Source: Parcubacteria group bacterium Greene0714_7
Lineage (GTDB): Bacteria; Patescibacteriota; Minisyncoccia; Phycocordibacterales; Phycocordibacteraceae
DNA length: 64,000 bases
Direction of reading: 5' to 3'
Assembly (NCBI GenBank): GCA_007378985.1
Contig: VMHB01000002.1
Coordinates: forward strand, 27,320-91,319
Of this stretch, positions 9,723-18,199 are shown piece after piece. Made by a program: the position numbers and the translations under genes. A model generated the notes under the pieces. That model saw nothing but the letters and a program-made list of their open reading frames with translations, ran no database searches and was not told where the DNA came from. The number at the start of each line of letters is the position of its first letter. Position 1 is the first letter of the stretch.

Positions 9723-11139
9723 CAATAGGAATTTCGTATGTCTCCCCTTCTCTTGGTACATCAACGGGAATATTGAGGAACCCTGCGATGCGTTGCGCTA
9801 GAAACGTTGCTGACTCTGTTTCCCCCAATATTACAAAAACATGCTTAGGGTTAACATTTTCAGCAAAGGTCATGAGATCATCTCTGTCAGCGTGTGCAGA
9901 AAATCCGTCCGTTGATAGTATTGTCGCGCGCGCCTTAACCTCAACACCATCTATATTTACTGTTCGTGCGCCGTCTTTAAGTCTCCGACCTAAACTCCCA
10001 GGCACTTGATAGCCCACCAGGAGGAGCACCGTTGATTTCTGCGGTAGATACTTCGCTTCGTGTCTTCTAATACGCCCACCATGGCTCATACCAGCTCCTG
10101 CGATGATTATTTTAGGGCCGGGGTGCCTGTCTATCGCATCCGACTCGTCTGGGTGGACACTCACTTTTAAACTTGGGAATGAAAATGGATCGTCTCCGCC
10201 GAGAAGTCGAGTGCGTATATCAGCACGAAGAAATTCTGGATGCTTTCTGTACACATCAGTTACTTTGGCAGCAAGAGGTGAATCCATAAATACTGCTACT
10301 TCGGGAATAACACCGTTAGTAATTGCCTTATCTAAAGAAGCAAGAATTATTTGTGTGCGTTCAAGTGAAAATGCAGGTATAAGAAGCGTACCTTGGCTCC
10401 CAATAATAACTTTAACAGCCGACAAGAGCGCCTGCTCACTCTCTTCAAGTGAGCTGTGTGTTTTATTGCCGTATACACTTTCTGTTATAAGGTATTCTAC
10501 ATCGGCAGGCACTTCCCTATCGGGCACAAGAGCGGCAGGCACACGACCTAAATCTCCTGTAAACAAAATTTTCTTTCCAAAAATATCAAGGAGGATGGTG
10601 GCAGATCCTAAAATGTGTCCAGCATTGTGAAATGTTGCAGTAACTCCAGGCGCGAACTCTAATGTTTTGCCATATGTCGCCTCATCAATATATTCAACTG
10701 CCCGTATAGCATCTTCAATAGCGTACGGTGGTTCATCGTTGCATCGCTTTGCTTCGAGGGCAATTATCTTTACAGAGTCCTCAAGCATTATTGGAATAAG
10801 TGCTTTGGTGGGAGCCGTTGCAAACGCACGCCCTGTAAAACCGTTCTTTACAAGTTTAGGGAATAACCCAATGTGATCAGCGTGTGCGTGAGTAAAAAGA
10901 ACTATATCAATCGTTGCGGGATCGTATGAAAATATTTCCCTATTAGCCGATTCACAAAATCGCTCACCCTGCGCTAGTCCACAATCAATAAGTATGCGTG
11001 TAGTAACCTCTCCATTTTTTGCTTCTACAAGGAAATTTGAACCCGTAACACGTCTCGCACCTCGTGCAAACAAAATAGAAATCGATTTCATTGAATCATC
11101 ATACCTTAGACCAGAGAGCGCAACATCGGGAAAATTCAA
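9718..11139 (-). CDS. MBL-fold beta-CASP family ribonuclease (RNase J/CPSF-like)
   Basis: FTHAHADHIG metallo-beta-lactamase motif plus C-terminal beta-CASP-like region; 473 aa. Confidence 0.75.
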   Translation of the reverse strand: MNFPDVALSGLRYDDSMKSISILFARGARRVTGSNFLVEAKNGEVTTRILIDCGLAQGERFCESANREIFSYDPATIDIVLFTHAHADHIGLFPKLVKNGFTGRAFATAPTKALIPIMLEDSVKIIALEAKRCNDEPPYAIEDAIRAVEYIDEATYGKTLEFAPGVTATFHNAGHILGSATILLDIFGKKILFTGDLGRVPAALVPDREVPADVEYLITESVYGNKTHSSLEESEQALLSAVKVIIGSQGTLLIPAFSLERTQIILASLDKAITNGVIPEVAVFMDSPLAAKVTDVYRKHPEFLRADIRTRLLGGDDPFSFPSLKVSVHPDESDAIDRHPGPKIIIAGAGMSHGGRIRRHEAKYLPQKSTVLLLVGYQVPGSLGRRLKDGARTVNIDGVEVKARATILSTDGFSAHADRDDLMTFAENVNPKHVFVILGETESATFLAQRIAGFLNIPVDVPREGETYEIPIV

Positions 11140-11149
11140 AAGTAAAAAT

Positions 11150-11169
11150 TGTATGATATATCATACAGA
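11150..11169. promoter_or_regulatory. Palindromic operator-like box TGTATGATATATCATACAG
   Basis: 18-20 nt palindrome 22 nt upstream of the MBL RNase start. A near-identical copy sits at the ComEC start (47938..47957). Confidence 0.5.
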
Positions 11170-11193
11170 CATCTAAGGTAGCCATAGCGCGGA

Positions 11194-11250
11194 AGAATTA
11201 CCACACCCTCACATATACGATATATCGTATATGTGAGGGTGTGGTAATTC
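11194..11250. repeat. 57-bp perfect palindrome (GAATTACCACACCCTCACATATACGATATATCGTATATGTGAGGGTGTGGTAATTC)
   Basis: Arms of 28 bp pair without a single mismatch. The centre ACGATATATCGT shares the GATATATC core with the operator-like box. Confidence 0.9.
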
Positions 11251-11263
11251 TCTTTGTTCATAT

Positions 11264-11297
11264 AAAAATCCGCCTTTGATATATTCAAGGGCGGATT
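11264..11297 (-). terminator. Rho-independent terminator downstream of ndk (minus strand)
   Basis: Stem aatccgcc...ggcggatt followed on the minus strand by a TTTTATAT run. Confidence 0.55.
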
Positions 11298-11310
11298 TAG
11301 AAGGATCAGT

Positions 11311-11444
11311 GACGGAGTATTAACCTTAGAGCCGAAGCTCCAGGTGGGTGCTCGCAGCATCTCGCGCATCGGATTCTCCGGAGAGATTCACCAGCGCGGA
11401 GCGATATAAAGCTCCCTAAAGTTTTTCAACGAGGTTAATACTCC
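11311..11444. ncRNA. Candidate structured RNA element bounded by 15-bp inverted repeat (gacggagtattaacc / ggttaatactccgtc)
   Basis: Perfect 15-bp arms enclose about 105 nt rich in internal palindromes (ctccggag, gcgcgcatc...). No convincing ORF and no family recognised. Confidence 0.3.
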
Positions 11445-11551
11445 GTCACTAACCCCTCCCTCCATTCTAGCAGGTTAGCCACTAGTGGTTAGGGTTTAGG
11501 GGAAAACAAAAGTGCATTCTCCCTAATGGCTAAAAACTAAACCCTATTGGC

Positions 11552-12187
11552 TTATTCAAGGATTCCATCCAAATTCACATCGTAGAGAATTTGCTCCTGG
11601 ACGATACGGTATTTCAATATTTCTTCGGGCTTAAACCACACAGCAATTTCACGTGATGCTTCTTCTGGGGACTCTGAACAGTGGACGAGGTTTCTAACGG
11701 CACGACTCTGTACCGATGAATGGTCGTAAGAATCCACAGTGTAGTCACCACGAATAGTTCCAACATCTGATGTCTTTGGCTCTGTTGCACCCACAAGTTT
11801 CTTCACAACGGCTACTGATTCATTCCCTTCAACAACCATCATGAGTACAGGACCTGCAGTCATGAATTTCACTATTGAATCTATTATTTCTTTACCGTAC
11901 CCAAGCGCATCCTTCTCTATTGGCAGATTGTGCGTGGTGCGGTCATTTAATATCCGAGTTCCTTTTTCAAGAAACCACTTCTCATCTTTGTTGTAGTGAC
12001 GCACAAGTTGGTCTTCCGTGGCAAGACCAAATTTGAATGCAACAAATTTCAATCCTGTTCGCTCTATGCGCTTCATTATCTCTCCGATAAGAGAACGCTG
12101 TACTGCGTCAGGCTTCAATATAATAAGCGTACGCTCATTTTCAAATTGTGCATTGGTGTTCATTGAAGCGACTATAGCATTCTGCAA
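11552..12187 (-). CDS. ndk: Nucleoside diphosphate kinase (extended form)
   Basis: Conserved NDK core (RTLIILKPDAVQRSLIGEIMKRIERTGLKFVAFKF...) and the active-site region (NLVHCSESPEEASREIAVWF). Confidence 0.8.
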   Translation of the reverse strand: MQNAIVASMNTNAQFENERTLIILKPDAVQRSLIGEIMKRIERTGLKFVAFKFGLATEDQLVRHYNKDEKWFLEKGTRILNDRTTHNLPIEKDALGYGKEIIDSIVKFMTAGPVLMMVVEGNESVAVVKKLVGATEPKTSDVGTIRGDYTVDSYDHSSVQSRAVRNLVHCSESPEEASREIAVWFKPEEILKYRIVQEQILYDVNLDGILE

Positions 12188-12202
12188 GGCGAAACGCCAT
12201 GC

Positions 12203-12222
12203 GAAGGGGTTAGGGTTTAGAG
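12203..12222 (-). repeat. CCCTAA-like repeat copy (minus-strand ctctaaaccctaaccccttc) about 15 nt upstream of ndk start
   Basis: Same motif family as the rplT copy, oriented with the downstream gene. Confidence 0.7.
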
Positions 12223-12244
12223 AAGAACGAATTCAAAGCCCCTT

Positions 12245-12271
12245 GATCCCTGCGGATCCGATGAAGCGTCG
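12245..12271 (+). repeat. Two-hairpin UNCG element copy a (GATCC-CTGC-GGATC + CGATG-AAG-CGTCG)
   Basis: It shares structure and sequence with the copies at 54170..54196 and 43817..43843, with compensatory base changes between copies. Confidence 0.65.
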
Positions 12272-12300
12272 CCTAAACACTAAACCCTGTCCACTAACCC

Positions 12301-15186
12301 CTACTGCTTCTGGTTTTCTCGCATCTGATTATACTTTTGGTGAATATCAGCCTCCACAGCTTCGCGGGCTCGACCGTAGCGTTGATACGAAATCTGTTTC
12401 AATGCATCAATGTTCAAGAAGTCACCAGGGATAAATGGAATAGTCTCAATAGTAAAACCGGGGGTAGGTTTTCCTCCAGCAAGGAGCTTCAAATACGAGT
12501 GGAAGTTGTCAATTTTCAGGAAGTCGGAAACCTCAAAGCCTGGAAATTGTTTCGCAATATACTCAGCATCATCGGGACCTACACGAAACACTGCCATGGT
12601 ACCAACGTTACCGAATACTGAGTCTTTAATTTTTGGAAGGAGCTGAGAAACATACTGGTGTGCCATCGTCATAGAGAGGCGAAATTTGCGTGCCTCAGAG
12701 AGAATTGTGGAAATAGTATCGGTCGTAATGTTTTGGAACTCGTCAATGTAGAGATAGAAGTTCGGAGGATTCAAATGCAAATACTCCGTACGCGCAAGTG
12801 CGGTCATCATTATTTTCCCAACAATCACAAGACCAATCAAGTTTGCATTTACATCCCCTAGTCGGCCTTTGGACAAGTTCACAAGAAGAATTTTCTTGTT
12901 GTCCATAATGTCCTTGAAATTAAAGGCCGAGCGTTGCTGACCTATGATGGGGCGCATAATTTCGTTTGCGATGAAGATGTCGAACTTTGAGGTGATATAT
13001 GGAACCACGTTGCGCAAATCTCCTTCTCCGCGCACATTTTCTGCAATATCTTCCCAGAAGTGCGTTACCACAGGATTCTTACAGCGAGACAATTTCAATG
13101 CGCGGAATTCATCGTCAGCCAAAACACGGGAAATATCCATCAAGGTCGAGCCAGTATCAGGATCTTCGAGCACAAGCATTGTGGCATTACGGAAGTACTG
13201 CTCAAAGATAGGACCAAATGCTTCTGGTACATCGCCATATAATTTCTTGAAAATCTTAAACATTTCATCCACCACGAATGTTTTTTGTTCAGGGAAGCGT
13301 GGATCATACTCAAGCATATTGAGCCCCATTGGCCTTGCGGTGTATGCAGGATCAAAGTAAATGAGGTCATCGATACGATCTTTAGGAATACGGGAAAGAA
13401 TCTCCAATACATCCACGCCGTGTGGGTCAATAAAACACACCCCTTCCCCATTCTCAATGTCCTGAATAATCATGTTCTTCAGGAAGTTCGTCTTACCAGT
13501 ACCCGTTTGCCCAATGGTATACATGTGACGCAGGCGATCATCTGGAGTGAAATGAATTGGCGTTGCAATATTTGAGTAACGATTAATGCCAATGACAATG
13601 CCTTTCTCAGGAAGCCCTGGTGGCGCAGGAGCGAGCTTAGCGCTTGCAGTTTTGGCTTCACGAGATGCTGTACCTCCTGCAATAGTGAGATGAAAAATAG
13701 TTGAGAGCTCTGCCAAATTCATAGGCATGAGTGGAATCTTATGCATCAAAGGCGTTGGAGCAGCCTTGCGTGTCCATTCAAGCCACAGCTGATAGAAAAA
13801 TCCTTCGTGTGCTTGACGGTCAAACATGCGGAAGATGAACAAGCGGAGAAATTCCCGCAATTCCTTTCTACCTTTTATATGCTTAAAACGAAGGCGATTC
13901 GCTTTTGCATCTTCATACTGCCCAAAAGTATTTTCGAGTTCTGTAAGAATGGCCATTGCCCTCTCTTTGGTGCGAGCAGACGCAACAATACGTAAATTCA
14001 CTCCCACAATGACACTCTTGAGCTTTTTTGACACTGCGTCAGCCGCAAAAGAATCAATATTCTTACTATCATCCTTCTTTTTTTCTTCAGAGCTTTCCAA
14101 AAAACTAGTGAAGCCTTTGTTCAATCCCTGAAAAAATCGACGCATTGGTGAGTAATGCTCCATATACATATTTTTTCGAAATATGTCATTCGCAGAACCC
14201 TTACCTTTATTAAGTTCGTCTAAAACATAGCGAATACGCTTAGAGTGATAGTCTCCTGCTGGTGCAACGGTAATTTGAAGCGCGGCCCCCTCACCTTCTT
14301 TGGTAATTTTTGAAAGTGCTGCGAGCGTCACATTCATAGGGTCGTGACTAAACTCTTCTGATGTCTTTAAAGGAATTGGTGGCGGGCGCTGATAGTAAGC
14401 AGACGCTGCAACAGTCACACCAAATTGGTTAAAAAGATTGTAGTCATCTTTTTTTTCAACAATACGTGCACGGGGAAACATAGCAAAAATCTGCTTTTCA
14501 AACGTTTCCCGTTTTGCTCGAGGAACTGACAAATAAAAGACCGCTTCCTCTTTAGTGTGCGAGACAGCAATTTCCATTGTGAAATGCTGGAGATGAATTT
14601 TTTTGCGCTTGTGCCAATCTTTCAGGAAAATTGTATCGGGGAGAGCAACAAAAGGAATCATGCTCAAATAAAACTGCTCCATCTGCATGCAAACATCCTT
14701 AAGAGACCCCCCTGGTTTCCCTGGCGCGGCTTCAGGTACGGCTATATCCAAGAGAACAAAATCAAGAGCTACAGCGAGTGGGTCACTAGCGCTCAGCCCT
14801 GGGATTGGATGACCAGCTGTCCGGTACTGCACAAGCAGGCGATGGAAATCATCTTCAAGATGGGGATTATCAATGCGATCGAGCTCCTTCATGACAGCCT
14901 TGAATCCTTGGGTATGTAAAATACCCAACAACTCCTCCATGTCTTTGTCGTTCGAGTCAGGTGTAAGTTCAAGAATGATGCCTTGCTTCTGCTCTTGCTC
15001 TACCCCCTCTGGTGCCTCCGAAAGTGTAGGGAGAACAGATGCTTCGACAGGTAAGGCCGGATCTCCTCGATGCCCCCTTCCTCCACCACCAGAGCGCGCA
15101 GTCTCACGCAACTTCGTCAGTTGATGTTCGGGCGAGAGCTTCGCTGCTTTTGTATCAATTCCTTTGTTTGGATTAAACCCTGGCAT
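12301..15186 (-). CDS. Large P-loop ATPase of the VirD4/VirB4 (T4SS/FtsK-HerA superfamily) type with about 500-aa N-terminal extension
   Basis: Walker A GQTGTGKTNF, then FIDPHGVD (the DPKG-like motif of T4SS ATPases) and Walker B LYIDEFQN. No transmembrane segment is obvious. Confidence 0.5.
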   Translation of the reverse strand: MPGFNPNKGIDTKAAKLSPEHQLTKLRETARSGGGGRGHRGDPALPVEASVLPTLSEAPEGVEQEQKQGIILELTPDSNDKDMEELLGILHTQGFKAVMKELDRIDNPHLEDDFHRLLVQYRTAGHPIPGLSASDPLAVALDFVLLDIAVPEAAPGKPGGSLKDVCMQMEQFYLSMIPFVALPDTIFLKDWHKRKKIHLQHFTMEIAVSHTKEEAVFYLSVPRAKRETFEKQIFAMFPRARIVEKKDDYNLFNQFGVTVAASAYYQRPPPIPLKTSEEFSHDPMNVTLAALSKITKEGEGAALQITVAPAGDYHSKRIRYVLDELNKGKGSANDIFRKNMYMEHYSPMRRFFQGLNKGFTSFLESSEEKKKDDSKNIDSFAADAVSKKLKSVIVGVNLRIVASARTKERAMAILTELENTFGQYEDAKANRLRFKHIKGRKELREFLRLFIFRMFDRQAHEGFFYQLWLEWTRKAAPTPLMHKIPLMPMNLAELSTIFHLTIAGGTASREAKTASAKLAPAPPGLPEKGIVIGINRYSNIATPIHFTPDDRLRHMYTIGQTGTGKTNFLKNMIIQDIENGEGVCFIDPHGVDVLEILSRIPKDRIDDLIYFDPAYTARPMGLNMLEYDPRFPEQKTFVVDEMFKIFKKLYGDVPEAFGPIFEQYFRNATMLVLEDPDTGSTLMDISRVLADDEFRALKLSRCKNPVVTHFWEDIAENVRGEGDLRNVVPYITSKFDIFIANEIMRPIIGQQRSAFNFKDIMDNKKILLVNLSKGRLGDVNANLIGLVIVGKIMMTALARTEYLHLNPPNFYLYIDEFQNITTDTISTILSEARKFRLSMTMAHQYVSQLLPKIKDSVFGNVGTMAVFRVGPDDAEYIAKQFPGFEVSDFLKIDNFHSYLKLLAGGKPTPGFTIETIPFIPGDFLNIDALKQISYQRYGRAREAVEADIHQKYNQMRENQKQ

Positions 15187-15254
15187 ACCTAGTAGTATAA
15201 CGCGTCACTCGCGCAAAATTTTTCTTGAGTAGAAACGAGCGTGTAATATTTCTA

Positions 15255-15806
15255 TTACGGAACATCAGAACCTAAACTCCGCATCATCTCAAATGCACCA
15301 CGAGCAATTGATGCACCATCTGCCCCAACAGAAAGTGGTGCTTTTTTTAAAACCAAATGACCTTGCTCTTCAAACACTCCAACCTCAGTGCCTGCAGTCT
15401 CAAACCAACACGCCAACCCGGCTTTTTCACCCTCCAAAAGTGGCCATTCTGGAACACCTATTTCTGCACACGAACCTTCATATGTTCCAACAGAGGATTC
15501 TTTACCATTAAGAGAGAGCGATACATTAGTGAGTGGAGCACCGGCACGGTTTTTACTGCCTGAGTCACTCACAATCCAGTTGTACACAGAAACCTCGCAT
15601 GGAGTAAATTCACATGCTGGACCTACTCGTCCAACAGTACTCCCATCTGGACAGATTTTCGTTTCTTCAGTACACGCGCTCACATGTGGCACAACAGTAG
15701 TAGAAATACGGACAAAAAAGAACCAAGCACCGATGACCCCAACACATATAACTACACCAAAGAAAACCCACTGAAACTTTGCCGACATCATACTAGTGTA
15801 ACTCAA
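15255..15806 (-). CDS. Hypothetical membrane-anchored/secreted Cys-containing protein
   Basis: N-terminal TM helix (VFFGVVICVGVIGAWFFFV) followed by a Cys-containing ectodomain. No family recognised. Confidence 0.5.
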   Translation of the reverse strand: MSYTSMMSAKFQWVFFGVVICVGVIGAWFFFVRISTTVVPHVSACTEETKICPDGSTVGRVGPACEFTPCEVSVYNWIVSDSGSKNRAGAPLTNVSLSLNGKESSVGTYEGSCAEIGVPEWPLLEGEKAGLACWFETAGTEVGVFEEQGHLVLKKAPLSVGADGASIARGAFEMMRSLGSDVP

Positions 15807-15817
15807 ATAGAGAATAC

Positions 15818-15901
15818 AAAAAAAGGCGCCACTAAAACATAAGATTTACTTATGTTTGGGCGAACAATTACTTTGTAATTGTTTTAGCCGTGGCGCCTTT
15901 T
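15818..15901. terminator. Long hairpin (aaaaggcgccac...gtggcgcctttt) bidirectional terminator downstream of map operon
   Basis: Imperfect stem of about 18 bp flanked by A- and T-runs. Confidence 0.5.
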
Positions 15902-16019
15902 AAGAACCTGTCTAAGTAGTTATTTTTTCTTATCTTTCTTTGGTTTCTTTTTATCTTTACGATGTGTTTCTCCTTTTGCCATACAATAGTGCGATTATTA
16001 AAATAATGTTTTTATACTA

Positions 16020-16196
16020 TCATGTCTTTACTATTATTTTCTTCCCATCGCAGACACTGCATATGAGCGACATATGTTGCCAGTCGCCATTTTGTTTTCT
16101 GTATCCGCGATCCTCAGTGCCCCATCCATTACATCGATGACATTTTTCTTCAGTGGAATTCAAAAACACTTCTCTTCCTAAGCCTTTAAAAACCAT
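16020..16196 (-). CDS. Small zinc-ribbon protein (two CxxC pairs)
   Basis: MVFKGLGREVFLNSTEEKCHRCNGWG...SLICSVCDGKKIIVKT begins 13 nt after the map stop. The start is moved from 16310 to an internal Met to avoid overlap with map. Confidence 0.4.
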   Translation of the reverse strand: MVFKGLGREVFLNSTEEKCHRCNGWGTEDRGYRKQNGDWQHMSLICSVCDGKKIIVKT

Positions 16197-16209
16197 ACAA
16201 TCTCTTACT

Positions 16210-16974
16210 CTAAAGCTCTGTAAGAATTTGATGGCCATTCTCAGTAATAAGAATAGTGTGTTCAAAGTGTGCGGCACGCGAACCATCTTTGGTAACAAAT
16301 GTATATCCATCCTTCAAAAGTTTTACGCGAGGGGTACCCTCCGTAAACATAGGCTCGATTGCAATAACCAAGCCTGGAGTTAAGAGTGCTCCGGTACCAG
16401 CGTCCCCAACATTCGGCACATACGGCTCTTCATGAACAGAATTCCCCACTCCATGTCCTCCAAGCTCAAAGACAATACCGTACCCGCGTTTGACGCCCAC
16501 TGTTTCAATAGCAGAACTTATGTCTCCAATATACCCACCTGGTTTTGCCATTTTAATACCCGCCATGAGAGCCTCCTTTGTTGCATTCAATAGTGCCTTT
16601 GCGCCCATGTCCCCCTTCCCTGCAATAACTGTAAGCGCACTGTCTACAAGTAAGCCTTGGTGCGCTAAAACACAATCAAGCCCCACAATGTCCCCCTCTG
16701 TAATAATGCTAGGATTTTCATTTGGGATACCGTGCACTACCTCATCGTTAATTGAAATACAGATGGTTGCAGGGTACGGGCGTGCTGCTCCCCGTGGAGT
16801 ATACCCAATGAGCGATGGTACATCGCCGAAATCTCGAATCATTTTCTCCGCAAGAGTATTGAGAGTATCGGTTGATACACCGGGGCGAACAGCATTCCCG
16901 ACAGTTTTTAGTACTTCCGCAAGGTGTCTTCCACCTTCCCTGAGAATTGGAATATCTTTTTTTGTTGCAATCAT
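16210..16974 (-). CDS. map: Methionine aminopeptidase type I
   Basis: MAP-like sequence with metal-ligand regions (GYTFVTKDGSRAAHFEHT); follows adk as in the canonical spc operon tail. Confidence 0.9.
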   Translation of the reverse strand: MIATKKDIPILREGGRHLAEVLKTVGNAVRPGVSTDTLNTLAEKMIRDFGDVPSLIGYTPRGAARPYPATICISINDEVVHGIPNENPSIITEGDIVGLDCVLAHQGLLVDSALTVIAGKGDMGAKALLNATKEALMAGIKMAKPGGYIGDISSAIETVGVKRGYGIVFELGGHGVGNSVHEEPYVPNVGDAGTGALLTPGLVIAIEPMFTEGTPRVKLLKDGYTFVTKDGSRAAHFEHTILITENGHQILTEL

Positions 16975-16983
16975 CCTGTCAAA

Positions 16984-17565
16984 TTATTTCAAAACCTCTG
17001 CTACTTTTTTCATTACTTCTTCATGCACTTCCGCAGGTGTTTGTTCACCATTTATATTGATACATTTGCCCAATTGTTGGAAATATTCAATAGCTGGTTT
17101 CGTAAGACGATTATACTCAGCGAGGCGCATACGGATAACAGACTCATCTTTGTCGGTTGAATCACGGCCACGGAGAAGTGAGCGTTTTACTACTTCATCT
17201 TCACTGACATCCAAATTCAATACGGTATATGAACGCCCCAGCCATGTACAGACTTCATCAATGACTTTTGCTTGTTCAACATCACGACCCGATCCTTCAA
17301 ATATTGCGCCCCTTTCTGGAGCTAGATTAAACAAAAACTCCTCGAGCATATAATTAGCAACCCACGAAGGCATGAGAAGACCCTTTTCATAATCTGCCTT
17401 AATGCGGTTACCGAGAAGTGAACCTGACGCAACAATTTCACGAAACTTTCCACCAGTGCTAAAAACCGTATACCCAAGTTTCTCTGCGAGCTGTACACAC
17501 TGCGTTTCTTTTCCAGAAGCAATGCGTCCTACAAAGAAAAATAAATGTTTCTGTTGTGTATCCAT
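16984..17565 (-). CDS. adk: Adenylate kinase-like nucleoside monophosphate kinase
   Basis: P-loop GRIASGKETQ and a secY-adk-map position. Confidence 0.75.
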   Translation of the reverse strand: MDTQQKHLFFFVGRIASGKETQCVQLAEKLGYTVFSTGGKFREIVASGSLLGNRIKADYEKGLLMPSWVANYMLEEFLFNLAPERGAIFEGSGRDVEQAKVIDEVCTWLGRSYTVLNLDVSEDEVVKRSLLRGRDSTDKDESVIRMRLAEYNRLTKPAIEYFQQLGKCININGEQTPAEVHEEVMKKVAEVLK

Positions 17566-17576
17566 GAATACCTATA

Positions 17577-18149
17577 TTAACCTGCAATAAGAGATTCTAC
17601 GACTTCTGCAAAACGTTTTTTAGCAGCATCCACTTCTCCCGAATGATTTTCAATAACAAAATCAGCCTCGGACATAAAATTCATCTCATCTTGATATCGT
17701 TCTTTTCTTTTCTCGAGTTCCGTTTCCGATATTGATGCACGAGCCCGAATCCGAGCCTCCATTTCACTCCACGAACCAGCATTCACGAAAATAACAGCTA
17801 GTTCTTCTTTAGGGATTTTCTTTTGCAATTGTCGAACTCCTTGTACTTCAAGTTCTTTTAGTGCAGTCATACCTCCGTCTAACAGTGGCATAACTTCAGA
17901 TGCAAGCGTGCCATAAAAATGCCCACCATATTCTGCCCACTCTAAAAAATCACCACTCTCGATGCGGGACTGAAACTCCTCACGAGAAAGAAAATAGTAA
18001 TGCTCGCCGTGCTTTTCGTTAGCACGCATAGAACGAGTTGTTGAAGACTTCGGGTACTGAAGCGCTGGAAACAGAGGGCGGATATGATTAATAAGTGTTC
18101 CTTTTCCAGAACCAGATGGACCAATAACGAGTATGAATTTCCCTTTCAT
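17577..18149 (-). CDS. gmk: Guanylate kinase
   Basis: GPSGSGKGTL P-loop and the STTR motif. Confidence 0.85.
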   Translation of the reverse strand: MKGKFILVIGPSGSGKGTLINHIRPLFPALQYPKSSTTRSMRANEKHGEHYYFLSREEFQSRIESGDFLEWAEYGGHFYGTLASEVMPLLDGGMTALKELEVQGVRQLQKKIPKEELAVIFVNAGSWSEMEARIRARASISETELEKRKERYQDEMNFMSEADFVIENHSGEVDAAKKRFAEVVESLIAG

Positions 18150-18199
18150 ATTTTTACTATTTAGAAGCTACACACAAACGCTAGCCACTAAATCCTATC

